From a virus (lineage: Duplodnaviria; Caudoviricetes), in IMG/VR virus record IMGVR_UViG_3300012952_002418, positions 1 to 27,666 of that record: 27,666 nt of DNA. The stretch is one strand, 5' to 3'. Below, in pieces: positions 1 through 9,901 of the stretch; position 1 is the stretch's first letter; the number at the start of each line of letters is the position of its first letter. The notes under the pieces are model-generated. The model was not told where the DNA came from. It did no database searches and was given only the letters and a program-made list of their open reading frames with translations. Both the position numbers and the translations under genes were made by a program.

Positions 1-921
1 AGTTGTCCTCTCTGTGGCGATTCTAAAAAAAATCAATCAAAGGCTCGAGGATATATCTATCGTAAAGAGTCATCCCTATTCTATAAATGTCATAACTGTC
101 AAGCTGGTACAAGTCTTGGTAATCTACTAAAACAAGTTGACCAACGCATGTATAATGAGTATCAGCTAGAAAAGTTTGGCAGTACTAATAACAAACATGT
201 AAATGATAAACCAGATCTAGAAATATTCAAGACTGACACTATACCTGTAAAAAAATTAAATGCTAATCCAGTGTCAGAACTTGCAGACAACCATCCAATA
301 AAACAGTTCTTGTTGCTTCGCCACATAAATCAAGATCTTCATGAACACTTTTATTGGGTGGCACAGTTTAAACATTGGGTGAATGAAAATATTGTAATGA
401 GTTTTCATAATATAAAAAAAGATGAACCCAGACTTGTTATACCTTTTTATAATGAGGATAAAGAATTAATTGCTATACAAGGTAGAGCATTCGGAAATGA
501 ACAGCCTAAGTATTATACACTAAAAGTAAAAGAAGATAACCATAAAGTATATGGTCTTGACCGAGTTGATAAAACTAAACATGTATATGTGACAGAGGGT
601 CCAATAGATTCTTTGTTTCTACCTAATGCTATCGCAGTTGCTGGTGCCGAGTTTTATTTACCACAAGTCAAACAGTTTAAAGATAACTGTACCATCGTAT
701 TTGATAATGAGCCACGAAATATTGCTCTCGTAAAACAGATTGAAAAAATGATTAAACATGGTTTTCATGTTTGTTTATGGAATGATAGTATAAAAGAAAA
801 AGATATTAATGATATGATAGTCGCTGGTAAAACACCTCTAACAATACAAACTTTAATACAACATAATACTGTACAGGGTGTTGAAGCTGAACTTAAATTT
901 AATACATGGAGAAAATGCTAA
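1..921 (+). CDS. gp61: T4-like DNA primase (gp61), 5'-truncated by the window edge
   Basis: Frame is open from base 1: SCPLCGDSKKNQSKARGY...YKCHNC is the Zn-finger, in frame with track ORF 148..921. TOPRIM motifs VTEGPIDSLF, VFDNEPRN and KDINDM are present. Confidence 0.95.
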   Translation, partial: SCPLCGDSKKNQSKARGYIYRKESSLFYKCHNCQAGTSLGNLLKQVDQRMYNEYQLEKFGSTNNKHVNDKPDLEIFKTDTIPVKKLNANPVSELADNHPIKQFLLLRHINQDLHEHFYWVAQFKHWVNENIVMSFHNIKKDEPRLVIPFYNEDKELIAIQGRAFGNEQPKYYTLKVKEDNHKVYGLDRVDKTKHVYVTEGPIDSLFLPNAIAVAGAEFYLPQVKQFKDNCTIVFDNEPRNIALVKQIEKMIKHGFHVCLWNDSIKEKDINDMIVAGKTPLTIQTLIQHNTVQGVEAELKFNTWRKC

Positions 922-1421
922 TGAGCGAAGTGCCCTTTGATAGAGCCGACTTGCTAAAAGATTATGTACATGATGTAGAAATTACTGAACAATATGTGCG
1001 TGACTTCTGTAATATTATTCAAGATGATAACCCACTACACTTTGGTGATGAAGAGGGTAATGTAATGCCTGGAGCATTAATGATATCATTATTATTTTCT
1101 AATCCTGTCCCTGGATTTTTTATTAGAAATTTTAAAATTAAATTTTTATCACCTATTCACTTTCCTACAACTGTAAAGATATATCGTAAAGTATGGAAAG
1201 CTACAGATAGAAAAGCAGGTGAACTCGGAGAAGGTATATTCGCTATAAAAGATATGAGCGATGGAATTATAAAAGCTAAAGGAAAAGGTCAAGTATTTAG
1301 ACCAACCAAAAGATTAATGGAAACCTTTGAACAAGGTGTAGATAGGAATTTTTTTAAACAAGCCGATCCTAACTTTAAAAGACAAAGTTGGGTCAATCCC
1401 GATGGGAAGGAGATAAAATGA
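921..1421 (+). CDS. MaoC/PhaJ-like (R)-specific enoyl hydratase/dehydratase (hot-dog fold)
   Basis: Hydratase-2 motif FCNIIQDDNPLH...MPGALMISL and IKFLSPIHF. Start placed at ATG 921 (TAATG overlap with the primase stop, GGAG upstream). Confidence 0.7.
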   Translation: MSEVPFDRADLLKDYVHDVEITEQYVRDFCNIIQDDNPLHFGDEEGNVMPGALMISLLFSNPVPGFFIRNFKIKFLSPIHFPTTVKIYRKVWKATDRKAGELGEGIFAIKDMSDGIIKAKGKGQVFRPTKRLMETFEQGVDRNFFKQADPNFKRQSWVNPDGKEIK

Positions 1422-1855
1422 CAGATGATAAAGATAACATAGAAGATGCCAAGATAGTTGACATCAACGAGTATGCTGCTAAAAAGTGGGATGAAGCGAG
1501 GGAAGAAGACTTGCAGAAACTGCAAGAGTATGAGCAAAACTATATTCTCACACCTTTATGGGAAGCACTAACAAATATTAAATCATCTCGTCAAGCAATC
1601 AATGCTGCGATGGGTATGTTAATTACAGCTAAAGATATTCTTGTACTCGAACTAGGGAAACCTGATGCTGAAAGAACTATTGGCTCATTAAACTATGACA
1701 CGATTGATTTAGTAAGTATTGAAAAGAGGGATGGTAATGCTCAAGGCACTGGATATGATTTAACCCCAGTTGATGAGTCCTATCCTGCTCCTAGTAATGA
1801 TAATGTTACACCTATAAAGGATAAGGAGGATGATGATGAAAAAGGCACTGATTGA
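1418..1855 (+). CDS. Hypothetical acidic protein
   Basis: ATGA overlap with the upstream stop and AGGAG ribosome site; no recognisable family. Confidence 0.75.
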   Translation: MTDDKDNIEDAKIVDINEYAAKKWDEAREEDLQKLQEYEQNYILTPLWEALTNIKSSRQAINAAMGMLITAKDILVLELGKPDAERTIGSLNYDTIDLVSIEKRDGNAQGTGYDLTPVDESYPAPSNDNVTPIKDKEDDDEKGTD

Positions 1856-2192
1856 GGAAATATGGGACGAACAGGAGTCCTTTGAAGAGAATAAACCTAA
1901 GAGAATTATTACTAACTTCGTAAATGGCGAGTGGATAGATCGTGTATATGGAGGAGATAATTTAAAGGTAAGATTGTTGCAAGGTGAGTTCGGAACATTA
2001 TATAAAGGCAAGATAGAACAAAAGAAGTTTCGTAGGTATAGAAAAGATTTTACTGGTAAACCTATGGGAGTATATTATCAAAAATACTCACATACAGCTG
2101 ATGGTAGATGGTTTGATAATGGTGGAATGCCTTGTGAAAAACCACATCATGAGCCAAAAGATCCTAACATAGAGGAAAGCGAAGACGAGTAA
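1836..2192 (+). CDS. Hypothetical protein
   Basis: AGGAGG at 1824-1829 precedes ATGATGATG; fills the operon gap. Confidence 0.7.
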   Translation: MKKALIEEIWDEQESFEENKPKRIITNFVNGEWIDRVYGGDNLKVRLLQGEFGTLYKGKIEQKKFRRYRKDFTGKPMGVYYQKYSHTADGRWFDNGGMPCEKPHHEPKDPNIEESEDE

Positions 2193-2193
2193 T

Positions 2194-2748
2194 ATGGTTG
2201 AAGAACGACTAAGAAAATTAGACGGAAAAAGTTTATGGTATTTTGATAATATCTTTAGTTTTGAAGAACGAGAAAGACTATATAGTTATTGCTTAAATCA
2301 AAAGTATTCGCTGTCTGGTTCAGATGTACAGAGACTTGAGACCAAAGGCGATTATAATCTATATTGTAATCTCTCTCCCACCGATGTGGACAATATGGGG
2401 ATAGAGAAATTGAGCAATTATTCCCACATCAAACACCACTTAGATGACTATACTATAACACAAGCTAGGATTAATCTTAGTACAATCCAGGATAAAAATC
2501 GTTTTCATTGCGATACTGGTGCCGAGCATAATTTAACAATGCTATATTATCCCAACATGGAATGGGAAAAGTCTTGGGGTGGTCAAACACTGTTTACTAA
2601 CTCAACCAACGATACTCTCGAATGGGTGTCGTTCTACATTCCAGGGAGGATAATATTATTCGATGGCACAATACCCCACTCAATCAACCCACCAACAATC
2701 CACAGCCCAACGCACAGATTTTCAGTCGTCATTCAGTATGGAAAATAA
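2194..2748 (+). CDS. 2OG-Fe(II) oxygenase (prolyl-4-hydroxylase-like)
   Basis: HxD (FHCD), LYYPNMEWEKSWGGQTLF, PGRIILFDGTIPHS (distal His) and C-terminal R-x-S. Confidence 0.85.
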   Translation: MVEERLRKLDGKSLWYFDNIFSFEERERLYSYCLNQKYSLSGSDVQRLETKGDYNLYCNLSPTDVDNMGIEKLSNYSHIKHHLDDYTITQARINLSTIQDKNRFHCDTGAEHNLTMLYYPNMEWEKSWGGQTLFTNSTNDTLEWVSFYIPGRIILFDGTIPHSINPPTIHSPTHRFSVVIQYGK

Positions 2749-2749
2749 A

Positions 2750-4555
2750 ATGGAAGACAAACTAATTTCAGAGATACATGGTATCACGATAGACTATACT
2801 AGAGATTCTCTATTAGATGATGCTGGTAAAATACGATTAAGAGAATCGTATATGAAAGATGATGAAACTTCTCCGCAAGAAAGATTTGCTTTCGTATCAA
2901 AAACTTTTTCATCTAATCCTGAACATGCTCAAAGGTTGTATGATTATTCATCTCAACATTGGCTAAGTTATGCCACTCCTATTCTATCTTATGGTAGAAG
3001 TAAAAGAGGATTACCCATTAGTTGTTTCTTAAATTATATTGAAGACTCTTCTGAAGGACTAGTACAAAACTTATCTGAAACAAACTGGTTATCAATGTCA
3101 GGTGGTGGAGTTGGTATAGGATTTGGTATTCGTAGTGCTGATGATAAATCTACTGGAGTTATGCCACATATGAAAATGTATGATGCATCTTCACTAGCAT
3201 ATCGTCAAGGTCGTACAAGAAGAGGTAGCTATGCTGCATACTTAAATATAGACCATCCTGATATAAAAGAATTTATTGAAATGAGAAAGCCAACAGGCGA
3301 TCCTAATATGCGTGCTTTAAATATGCACCATGGTATTAATATTCCACATGCCTTTATGCAGATTATAGAAAACTGTATGAAGAATGAAAACTGTGATGAC
3401 AAGTGGGCACTAAAAGATCCACATAATGGTAAAGTAAAAGAATATGTATCGGCTAGAGAATTATGGCAAAGTATTTTAGAAACTCGTATGATGACAGGAG
3501 AGCCATATTTACATTTCATTGATACAAGTAATGAAGAGTTGCCAGAGTTTCTAAAGGAAAAAGGGTTGAAGATTCATCAGAGTAATTTATGTTCAGAGAT
3601 TATACTTCCTACAAACGAGGAAAGAACAGCAGTATGTTGTTTATCATCTTTGAACTTAGAGCATTTTGATGAATGGTCAAAAAATAAAACATTCCTAAGA
3701 GATGTTGCTGAAATGTTAGACAATGTTCTACAGTATTTTATTGATAATGCTAGACCAGAACTAGCCAGAGCAGTTTACTCTGCTACACAAGAAAGATCTA
3801 TTGGGATAGGTGCTTTGGGTTTTCATGCTTATTTACAAAAGCATGGTATTCCTTTTGAAAGTGCCATAGCTGGAAATAGAAATGAAAAGATTTTTAAACA
3901 TATTCGATCTGGACTTGATAAAGCAAACACTGAGTTGGGTACTGAGCGAGGGGAAGCACCTGATGCTGTTGATACTGGTCGTCGTTTTTCTCATATGCTC
4001 GCTATTGCTCCTAATGCTAGTAGTAGCATTATCATGGGCAATACTTCTCCTTCTGTGGAGCCTTTTCGAGCTAACGCATATCGTCAAGACACACTTAGTG
4101 GATCCCATACTAATAAAAATAAATTCCTTCAAATACTTCTTGAAAAGAAAGCTGAAAAGAATAAACTAAATTTAGATGAGGAATGGTCAAGTATTATTGC
4201 AAATGATGGCTCAGTACAACATCTAAAATATCTAAGCGATATTGAAAAAGATGTATTTAAAACATCTATGGAAATGAACCAACAATGGATTATTAATCAT
4301 GCTAGTGAACGACAAAAATATATTGACCAAGCACAGTCAATTAATTTATTCTTTAGACCTGACGCAGATATTAAGTATCTTCATGCTGTTCACTTCTTGG
4401 CATGGAAGACTGGTTTAAAAACATTATATTATTGTAGAAGTGAAAAGATCGGTAAAGCCGATAAGATTAGTAAAAGAATACAAAGGGAGATAATTAAAGA
4501 GTTAGACATATCAGCGATAGCCGATGGTGATGTCTGTCTCGCTTGTGAAGGATAG
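2750..4555 (+). CDS. nrdA: Ribonucleotide reductase class Ia alpha subunit, short form with no evident ATP cone
   Basis: ISCFL, QSNLCSEI (N-x-C-x-E), TAVCCLSSLNL, APNASSS, KTLYYCR and C-terminal CLACEG. Start is 2738 or 2750; the track start 2663 overlaps the upstream gene. Confidence 0.95.
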   Translation: MEDKLISEIHGITIDYTRDSLLDDAGKIRLRESYMKDDETSPQERFAFVSKTFSSNPEHAQRLYDYSSQHWLSYATPILSYGRSKRGLPISCFLNYIEDSSEGLVQNLSETNWLSMSGGGVGIGFGIRSADDKSTGVMPHMKMYDASSLAYRQGRTRRGSYAAYLNIDHPDIKEFIEMRKPTGDPNMRALNMHHGINIPHAFMQIIENCMKNENCDDKWALKDPHNGKVKEYVSARELWQSILETRMMTGEPYLHFIDTSNEELPEFLKEKGLKIHQSNLCSEIILPTNEERTAVCCLSSLNLEHFDEWSKNKTFLRDVAEMLDNVLQYFIDNARPELARAVYSATQERSIGIGALGFHAYLQKHGIPFESAIAGNRNEKIFKHIRSGLDKANTELGTERGEAPDAVDTGRRFSHMLAIAPNASSSIIMGNTSPSVEPFRANAYRQDTLSGSHTNKNKFLQILLEKKAEKNKLNLDEEWSSIIANDGSVQHLKYLSDIEKDVFKTSMEMNQQWIINHASERQKYIDQAQSINLFFRPDADIKYLHAVHFLAWKTGLKTLYYCRSEKIGKADKISKRIQREIIKELDISAIADGDVCLACEG

Positions 4556-4558
4556 AAA

Positions 4559-5506
4559 ATGGATTTAAAATTACCAGAACATCTCAGCTATGATAAAGAA
4601 ACTATAGAAAAATTAAAAACTCAAAAAATATTTCGCTATGGTGATGTTCCAAGATTTGATGATGAACTAGATTTCCTTATGGGTTTCGTGCCTGATTTAA
4701 AAAAGGATTTCTTAACAGAGTATAAAGATATTCAAGATTGTTTAGATAAAGGTACGACTTCAGCTATGCAATCAATATATAAAGAACTTAAAACTGACGA
4801 GGATGGGGATAAGTATTTAAGAAATAAAGCACTCGCATCAGGTAGGAGTTTGACTGATGTTGATAGTCTAGCAGATCCTAGTTTATTCAAAGGTCAGACG
4901 ACAGGTGGTAAACTAAATTATGATGCTTGGCGAGTATTAGTTATGAAATATAATAATCCTAATATTGCTGCTGCCACTGGTCCTGCAGGAGAAGAGGTAC
5001 AAAAAAGATTACTTTCTATACAACAAAAGAAAGATGGGTATAGACCACAAGCATTCCCAACTATGAAAAAGATTGCTGAACATTATGGAGTTAGATGCCC
5101 TGTGCTTGAATATAGTATCTTGCCTGCTCAAAGTATTATTGAAAGACATATAGGAATAGAAAATAAAAAGGGACAGAATATTCGTATTCACATACCTATA
5201 ATTATTCCTGAGGGTGATTTATATTTAGAAGCAACTGGGGAAGAAGTTGATTGGAAACACCCATGGGGATTTAATAATCAATATATGCATAGTGCTCATA
5301 ATAATACTGATGAACATAGATTAATTATGTTGATTGATTTAAAAAGAACTTATGTTGGTATTCCACCAGCAAAACATTTTAAGGATATGACTACTGAAGA
5401 GATTGGTGATATTCATTTTAAATATGCTAGAGATAATGATAGAGAGCAACCTAAAATCTCATCATCTCTATCTAACAAATTTAGGAACCCAGAAGATTAT
5501 ATATAG
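4559..5506 (+). CDS. Aspartyl/asparaginyl beta-hydroxylase-domain protein with long N-terminal extension
   Basis: YSILPAQSIIERHIG...IRIHIPIIIP...FNNQYMHSAHNNTDEHRLIMLID matches the AspH/LpxO-type double-stranded beta-helix pattern. Confidence 0.8.
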   Translation: MDLKLPEHLSYDKETIEKLKTQKIFRYGDVPRFDDELDFLMGFVPDLKKDFLTEYKDIQDCLDKGTTSAMQSIYKELKTDEDGDKYLRNKALASGRSLTDVDSLADPSLFKGQTTGGKLNYDAWRVLVMKYNNPNIAAATGPAGEEVQKRLLSIQQKKDGYRPQAFPTMKKIAEHYGVRCPVLEYSILPAQSIIERHIGIENKKGQNIRIHIPIIIPEGDLYLEATGEEVDWKHPWGFNNQYMHSAHNNTDEHRLIMLIDLKRTYVGIPPAKHFKDMTTEEIGDIHFKYARDNDREQPKISSSLSNKFRNPEDYI

Positions 5507-5622
5507 TGCCTAAAACAGAAAAAGAATTAGAGGAGTGGCATAAAAACCACATGAAAAAGTATCGTAAGATATTTAAAAAACAAGGGTGTTTACACTGGAG
5601 GAAAGATGCCAACAAAGTTTAA
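5506..5622 (+). CDS. Small basic hypothetical protein (38 aa, not in track)
   Basis: GTG overlaps the upstream TAG; reads MPKTEKELEEWHKNHMKKYRKIFKKQGCLHWRKDANKV* and spans an otherwise empty ~100-nt gap. Confidence 0.5.
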   Translation: MPKTEKELEEWHKNHMKKYRKIFKKQGCLHWRKDANKV

Positions 5623-5815
5623 AAAAGATGAAATAATAGTTAAGAGAACACCAGATGGTAAACAATCTAAAACTAAAAAGAGACATTACATTCATACTAT
5701 AAAACAAGAAGAATTAATTAAAACTTTAAATGCCACTTCAAGTGGTAAATTAAAACAGAAAATTAGACATGAACTAAGAAAAAGAGGAATAACTCTAGTG
5801 AGGAAAGCATCATGA
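5606..5815 (+). CDS. Small basic hypothetical protein
   Basis: GGAGG ribosome site; Lys/Arg-rich 69 aa; ATGA coupling to the next gene. Confidence 0.75.
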   Translation: MPTKFKKDEIIVKRTPDGKQSKTKKRHYIHTIKQEELIKTLNATSSGKLKQKIRHELRKRGITLVRKAS

Positions 5816-6219
5816 AGAACTGGTTAAGAAATACTGCATATGTCCTAATAGCAATTGTTGCTTTATCAGGTTGTGCTAGTATAAAAGGATTCCTGCCATC
5901 AGGGTGGGATAGCAATGAAATGTTATGGATTGCTGAGATGCAATATGATATTCGTAATATAGAATGCGAAGGTCCAAACAAATTAGAAACAGTAGAAAAG
6001 GTTTGGAGAACAAAAGAAATTTTATGGTGGTATGCTCAAGCAAATCGACATGCTGATGTAGTTGAGTTAATACGACCATTTAGTGAAAGTATGGAAGGAA
6101 TATATATGTCTGCCAAAGCAGATAAATTAAGGAAACCATACTGCGTAAACAAGGTTATTATATTGACTATACAGGTTGATGAAATAGCTGAAGCATTGGC
6201 ATCAAGGAGAAAGAGATGA
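5812..6219 (+). CDS. Putative lipoprotein
   Basis: Basic N-terminus, hydrophobic stretch and lipobox LSG-C; two further Cys. Confidence 0.7.
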   Translation: MKNWLRNTAYVLIAIVALSGCASIKGFLPSGWDSNEMLWIAEMQYDIRNIECEGPNKLETVEKVWRTKEILWWYAQANRHADVVELIRPFSESMEGIYMSAKADKLRKPYCVNKVIILTIQVDEIAEALASRRKR

Positions 6220-6491
6220 CACAACGATTAATAATAATGGGTAAAAATAACTGCCCATATTGCGACTTAGCGAAGCGACATCTAGATGAACACAAGATTC
6301 CATATGACTACATCAAGATAGATGAAGATATGGATGCTTACACTGAATTTAGAGAGTTCGGTTTTCGTTCAGTTCCACAAATTATGCAAAGAGAAGATGA
6401 CGGAAAGCTAAAGCTGAAAGTCGAGGGTGGTTGGGATGGACTAAAAGAAACTCCTATACACAACTTACAACAAATGGTCGGAGGACAATAA
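6216..6491 (+). CDS. nrdC: Glutaredoxin (NrdC/NrdH-like)
   Basis: CPYC active site, RSVPQI, GGW; lies between nrdA and nrdB. Confidence 0.9.
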   Translation: MTQRLIIMGKNNCPYCDLAKRHLDEHKIPYDYIKIDEDMDAYTEFREFGFRSVPQIMQREDDGKLKLKVEGGWDGLKETPIHNLQQMVGGQ

Positions 6492-6715
6492 TGGACGCAT
6501 TTAAAGATCTTCGTAATGAAGAATGGGCAAATAAAAAAATAGAACTTGCCGATAAATTTAATAAACAGTTAGAATCTGGTGAACTCAACGAGTGGGAATA
6601 TAAAGACTTAATGCAAGATCTTACTCGTACTGATGAAATTATGGACAAAGCGAATGCGATGAAAATGAAAGCAGCAGTAGAGAAAGCTATTTCATTGGCA
6701 TTGAAATTTGTATAA
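6491..6715 (+). CDS. Hypothetical helical protein
   Basis: TAATG coupling and GGAGG upstream place the start at 6491 (MDAFKDL...). Confidence 0.7.
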   Translation: MDAFKDLRNEEWANKKIELADKFNKQLESGELNEWEYKDLMQDLTRTDEIMDKANAMKMKAAVEKAISLALKFV

Positions 6716-7376
6716 GTTTTTATTTAAAGATTCAGAAGAAGTATTTGACCCAATCGCTCGTCAGAAGATAGCTGAAAAAGTCTATTATCATGAGAAGTAT
6801 TGGAAGCCACTTAGCGATTTTCTAGGAGTCGGAACTCAAGCAGGTATGGAACATATGTACCTGTTCGGCGATGGTTTGTATGTCTTACAAGAAGATAAAG
6901 AGTTTGATGACGAAGTACAAGAACTCTTAGATACTGAATTTACAGAACTTATATATACTCCTGTCCTTAAAACTATTGAGGACATGTTCGGCATAGGAGT
7001 GAACGAGGTAAGCTATTACAAAGACTTGCCCTTGCCTGGATTTCATATCTATAAGGGAAACGAGATCGGCTTGACCAAACTTCGTCCTTTTCATGTCGAT
7101 GATAATCTAAGATTTTATAAACCTGAAACAGATAAGAATAATATATTCTCATTTGCTATACCAATCATCCTGCCAGAATGTGGGGCATGTTTAGATTGGT
7201 TAGGGGATTCTAGCGAATACTTTATACATAACTATGAACTCGGTGTGATGTCAATGTGGCATGGAATGGTAAAGCATCGTATCGGTGCAAAACCACCAAC
7301 TGATGAAGATAGGATTACTCTACAAGGTCATGTATATGTAAATGAAAAAGATGGTATTTTAAAAGTATATTTCTAG
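6708..7376 (+). CDS. Putative 2OG-Fe(II) oxygenase
   Basis: PGFHIY, PFHVD (HxD), SFAIPIILPECGACLD, WHGMVKHRIG and RITLQGH. Confidence 0.7.
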   Translation: MYKFLFKDSEEVFDPIARQKIAEKVYYHEKYWKPLSDFLGVGTQAGMEHMYLFGDGLYVLQEDKEFDDEVQELLDTEFTELIYTPVLKTIEDMFGIGVNEVSYYKDLPLPGFHIYKGNEIGLTKLRPFHVDDNLRFYKPETDKNNIFSFAIPIILPECGACLDWLGDSSEYFIHNYELGVMSMWHGMVKHRIGAKPPTDEDRITLQGHVYVNEKDGILKVYF

Positions 7377-7385
7377 GAGGAAGAA

Positions 7386-7511
7386 ATGGATTTAAGTTTT
7401 TTAAACGCAGAACTACTTAATAATGTCAGCTGGGAAGATGGTTTAATTTATATTGGACTCGGACTAGCTGTTTATGCAATAATCAGATTAATTAACAAAT
7501 ACACACGATAG
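7386..7511 (+). CDS. Small single-pass membrane protein (41 aa, not in track)
   Basis: AGGAGG at 7375-7380; MDLSFLNAELLNNVSWEDGLIYIGLGLAVYAIIRLINKYTR*. Confidence 0.8.
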   Translation: MDLSFLNAELLNNVSWEDGLIYIGLGLAVYAIIRLINKYTR

Positions 7512-7519
7512 GAAAAACG

Positions 7520-8512
7520 ATGGCAAAAAAGCAACTCAAACTAACTGACGAAAGAACTTTCTTCAAACCTTTTAATTATCCATGGGCATACGAAGCATGG
7601 TTAAAACATGAACAATCACATTGGTTGCATACTGAAGTGCCTATGATTGAAGATGTTAAAGATTGGAAAACAAAGATTACTGCTGAGCAGAAATACTTTT
7701 TAACTAATATCTTTAGATTCTTTACTCAGGGAGATATAGATGTTGCTGGTGGTTATGTAAATAACTACTTGCCATATTTTCCACAACCTGAAATTAGAAT
7801 GATGTTAAGTGGGTTCGCAGCAAGAGAAGCATTACATATTGCTGCGTACTCACATTTGATTGAAACTTTGGGTATGCCTGAAAATACATATCAAGAGTTT
7901 GCTGAATATCAGGAGATGTCTGACAAACATGAATACTTTATTAAACTATCAGAATCTAATGGAAACAAAAGATCGGTAGCTACTAACATTGCTGCATTCT
8001 CAGCTTTCACTGAGGGGATGCAACTGTTTTCATCTTTCATTATGTTATTAAACTTTCCTAGACATGGACTAATGAAAGGTATGGGTCAAATCGTGACTTG
8101 GTCAATCGTAGATGAAACTCAACATGCTGAAAATATGATTAAACTTTTTAGAACTTATGTTGAAGAAAATAAAACCATCTGGAATGACAAAACTAAAGGC
8201 GAGATATATACAATCGCTACAAAAATGACTGAACTCGAAGATAAATTTATTGACTTATCATTCGCTATGGGCGAGATGCCTGACTTAACAGCTGATGATG
8301 TAAAAGGTTATATAAGATATATCTGCGATCGTAGGTTAATTAGTCTAGGATTGAAAGGTATATGGAAAGCAAAAACTAATCCACTCCCATGGGTTGAAGA
8401 GATGATAAATGCTCCAACTCACGGAAACTTCTTTGAAAATAGAGTCACTGATTATGCAAAAGGTGCAATTACAGGTGACTGGCAAGAAGTATGGGGAGTC
8501 GGTACTGCTTAA
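7520..8512 (+). CDS. nrdB: Ribonucleotide reductase class Ia beta subunit
   Basis: Di-metal ligands and radical Tyr: FTQGDIDV, REALHIAAY, TEGMQLFSSF, VDETQH; C-terminal NFFENRVTDY. Confidence 0.95.
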   Translation: MAKKQLKLTDERTFFKPFNYPWAYEAWLKHEQSHWLHTEVPMIEDVKDWKTKITAEQKYFLTNIFRFFTQGDIDVAGGYVNNYLPYFPQPEIRMMLSGFAAREALHIAAYSHLIETLGMPENTYQEFAEYQEMSDKHEYFIKLSESNGNKRSVATNIAAFSAFTEGMQLFSSFIMLLNFPRHGLMKGMGQIVTWSIVDETQHAENMIKLFRTYVEENKTIWNDKTKGEIYTIATKMTELEDKFIDLSFAMGEMPDLTADDVKGYIRYICDRRLISLGLKGIWKAKTNPLPWVEEMINAPTHGNFFENRVTDYAKGAITGDWQEVWGVGTA

Positions 8513-8514
8513 AT

Positions 8515-8691
8515 ATGAGTGTAAAGAAAAAATATAATTTTGAATGTGCTTCTTGTGGTGCTGAATACAGTATCTCTATGGAGGAAGATGAAGATAATTT
8601 CATGGGGCAAGATATAATTTGTTGCCCATTCTGTGGAGATGATTGTGAAAGACCTGAACAAGAGGAGGATTTAGATAAGGATCCAATATGA
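8515..8691 (+). CDS. Small zinc-ribbon protein
   Basis: CASC...CPFCG pair; start at ATG 8515, just after the nrdB stop. Confidence 0.75.
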   Translation: MSVKKKYNFECASCGAEYSISMEEDEDNFMGQDIICCPFCGDDCERPEQEEDLDKDPI

Positions 8692-9461
8692 AAATATTAG
8701 TTGATATTATTAGTCATGTAAATTCCAATAGTTATTCAGAACTTCTAGAAGATCTAAAAGAATACGATGTAGAAGTTGTAGAAACAATTAAACAATACGA
8801 CCCATCTCTTACTCGTCAAGGGTATCAATTAAACATAGATAAAGAAAGATTTCTTACTCAACACGATGAAGATTTTTTAATTACCTTGCGTGGAACTAGT
8901 AAACTCTCAAGAGATTTTAAAACTTTAGTTGAAGCAGTAAGTAAAGAAGATATTGATTTGGTATTTTTAGCAGGTAGAAGAGAACTCTATGTTGATGATA
9001 CTTTATATGAAAACGACGAAGGATTCTTAAGAGCAGTATTAGAAAAGTATTGTGAATTAAATATGAATACATCTTTTAAACATCCAGTTGAATACATACA
9101 AAATATTATAACATCAATAGCACCTTATCAGCCATTATATGTTCCATATACTAATGAACAGGGTGTACACAATACCCTTATAGGATATTCAAGGAAGTTT
9201 GCGGAGTTGTTTACATTCAACGAAGCTATTAACCCTTGCGATATTCTTACCAACCACGACGCACTTATGACTGCTTCTAGGAACGATCTACAAGTTCGTT
9301 ATCTTCAATCTAATGCATTCGTAGAAGAGCATATGGATATCCAGGAAGTATGTCAAGGTGGTTTCTGGGAAAACTATACCGAAGATTGGCGAACTGCCAT
9401 GAAACGATCCATCCCTAAATTCACAAAAAACATCACAAATCGTAAGATTAAATTCATTTAG
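8688..9461 (+). CDS. Hypothetical protein
   Basis: 257-aa ORF, ATGA-coupled; no confident motif. Confidence 0.75.
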   Translation: MKILVDIISHVNSNSYSELLEDLKEYDVEVVETIKQYDPSLTRQGYQLNIDKERFLTQHDEDFLITLRGTSKLSRDFKTLVEAVSKEDIDLVFLAGRRELYVDDTLYENDEGFLRAVLEKYCELNMNTSFKHPVEYIQNIITSIAPYQPLYVPYTNEQGVHNTLIGYSRKFAELFTFNEAINPCDILTNHDALMTASRNDLQVRYLQSNAFVEEHMDIQEVCQGGFWENYTEDWRTAMKRSIPKFTKNITNRKIKFI

Positions 9462-9463
9462 AA

Positions 9464-9471
9464 CCTAAATA
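9464..9471 (+). promoter_or_regulatory. Candidate T4-type late promoter (CCTAAATA variant)
   Basis: Variant of TATAAATA in a short intergenic gap, 7 nt before ATG 9479. Confidence 0.5.
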
Positions 9472-9478
9472 TAATACA

Positions 9479-9898
9479 ATGACTTGGTTATATGAAGACA
9501 AAGTCTTCACTGATTATGAAGATTATTATGGTTTCATCTATGAGATTACCTGTAAGAAAACAGGTAGATCTTACATTGGTCGCAAATATTTTACAAAAGC
9601 GAAAACTCTACAGCCATTGAAAGGCAGAAAAAATAAAAGAAGAAGTAGAGTTGAGAGTGATTGGCAAAATTATTGGGGATCGTCAACAATCCTACACGAA
9701 GATATAATTAAAAAAGGCGAAAGTAATTTCGAGCGAAACATACTTCGTCTTTGTAAAACTCGTGGGGAGGTTAATTACTGGGAAGTGAAATATATGTTTG
9801 AGTTTGATGTGCTAAACGCAAAACTTCCTAATGGTGAGTACAAATATTATAACGAAAATATTATGATTAAATTTACAAGATCTAATATAGGAGGATAA
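9479..9898 (+). CDS. GIY-YIG endonuclease (T4 EndoII/Seg-like, catalytic domain only)
   Basis: YGFIYEIT...SYIGRK, WQNYWGSS, conserved Glu (YWE) and YYNENI. Confidence 0.85.
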   Translation: MTWLYEDKVFTDYEDYYGFIYEITCKKTGRSYIGRKYFTKAKTLQPLKGRKNKRRSRVESDWQNYWGSSTILHEDIIKKGESNFERNILRLCKTRGEVNYWEVKYMFEFDVLNAKLPNGEYKYYNENIMIKFTRSNIGG

Positions 9899-9901
9899 TA
9901 T

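Noticed and set aside
3882-4169. Alternative-frame hydrophobic ORF inside nrdA (also 26652..26837 inside the oxygenase)
   Set aside because: Fully nested in larger genes with no convincing ribosome site; the Leu-rich composition is expected of an off-frame AT-rich reading.
9479-9898. GIY-YIG gene as a mobile homing endonuclease or intron ORF
   Set aside because: Only 139 aa with no C-terminal DNA-binding repeats, and it interrupts no gene; more like resident EndoII.
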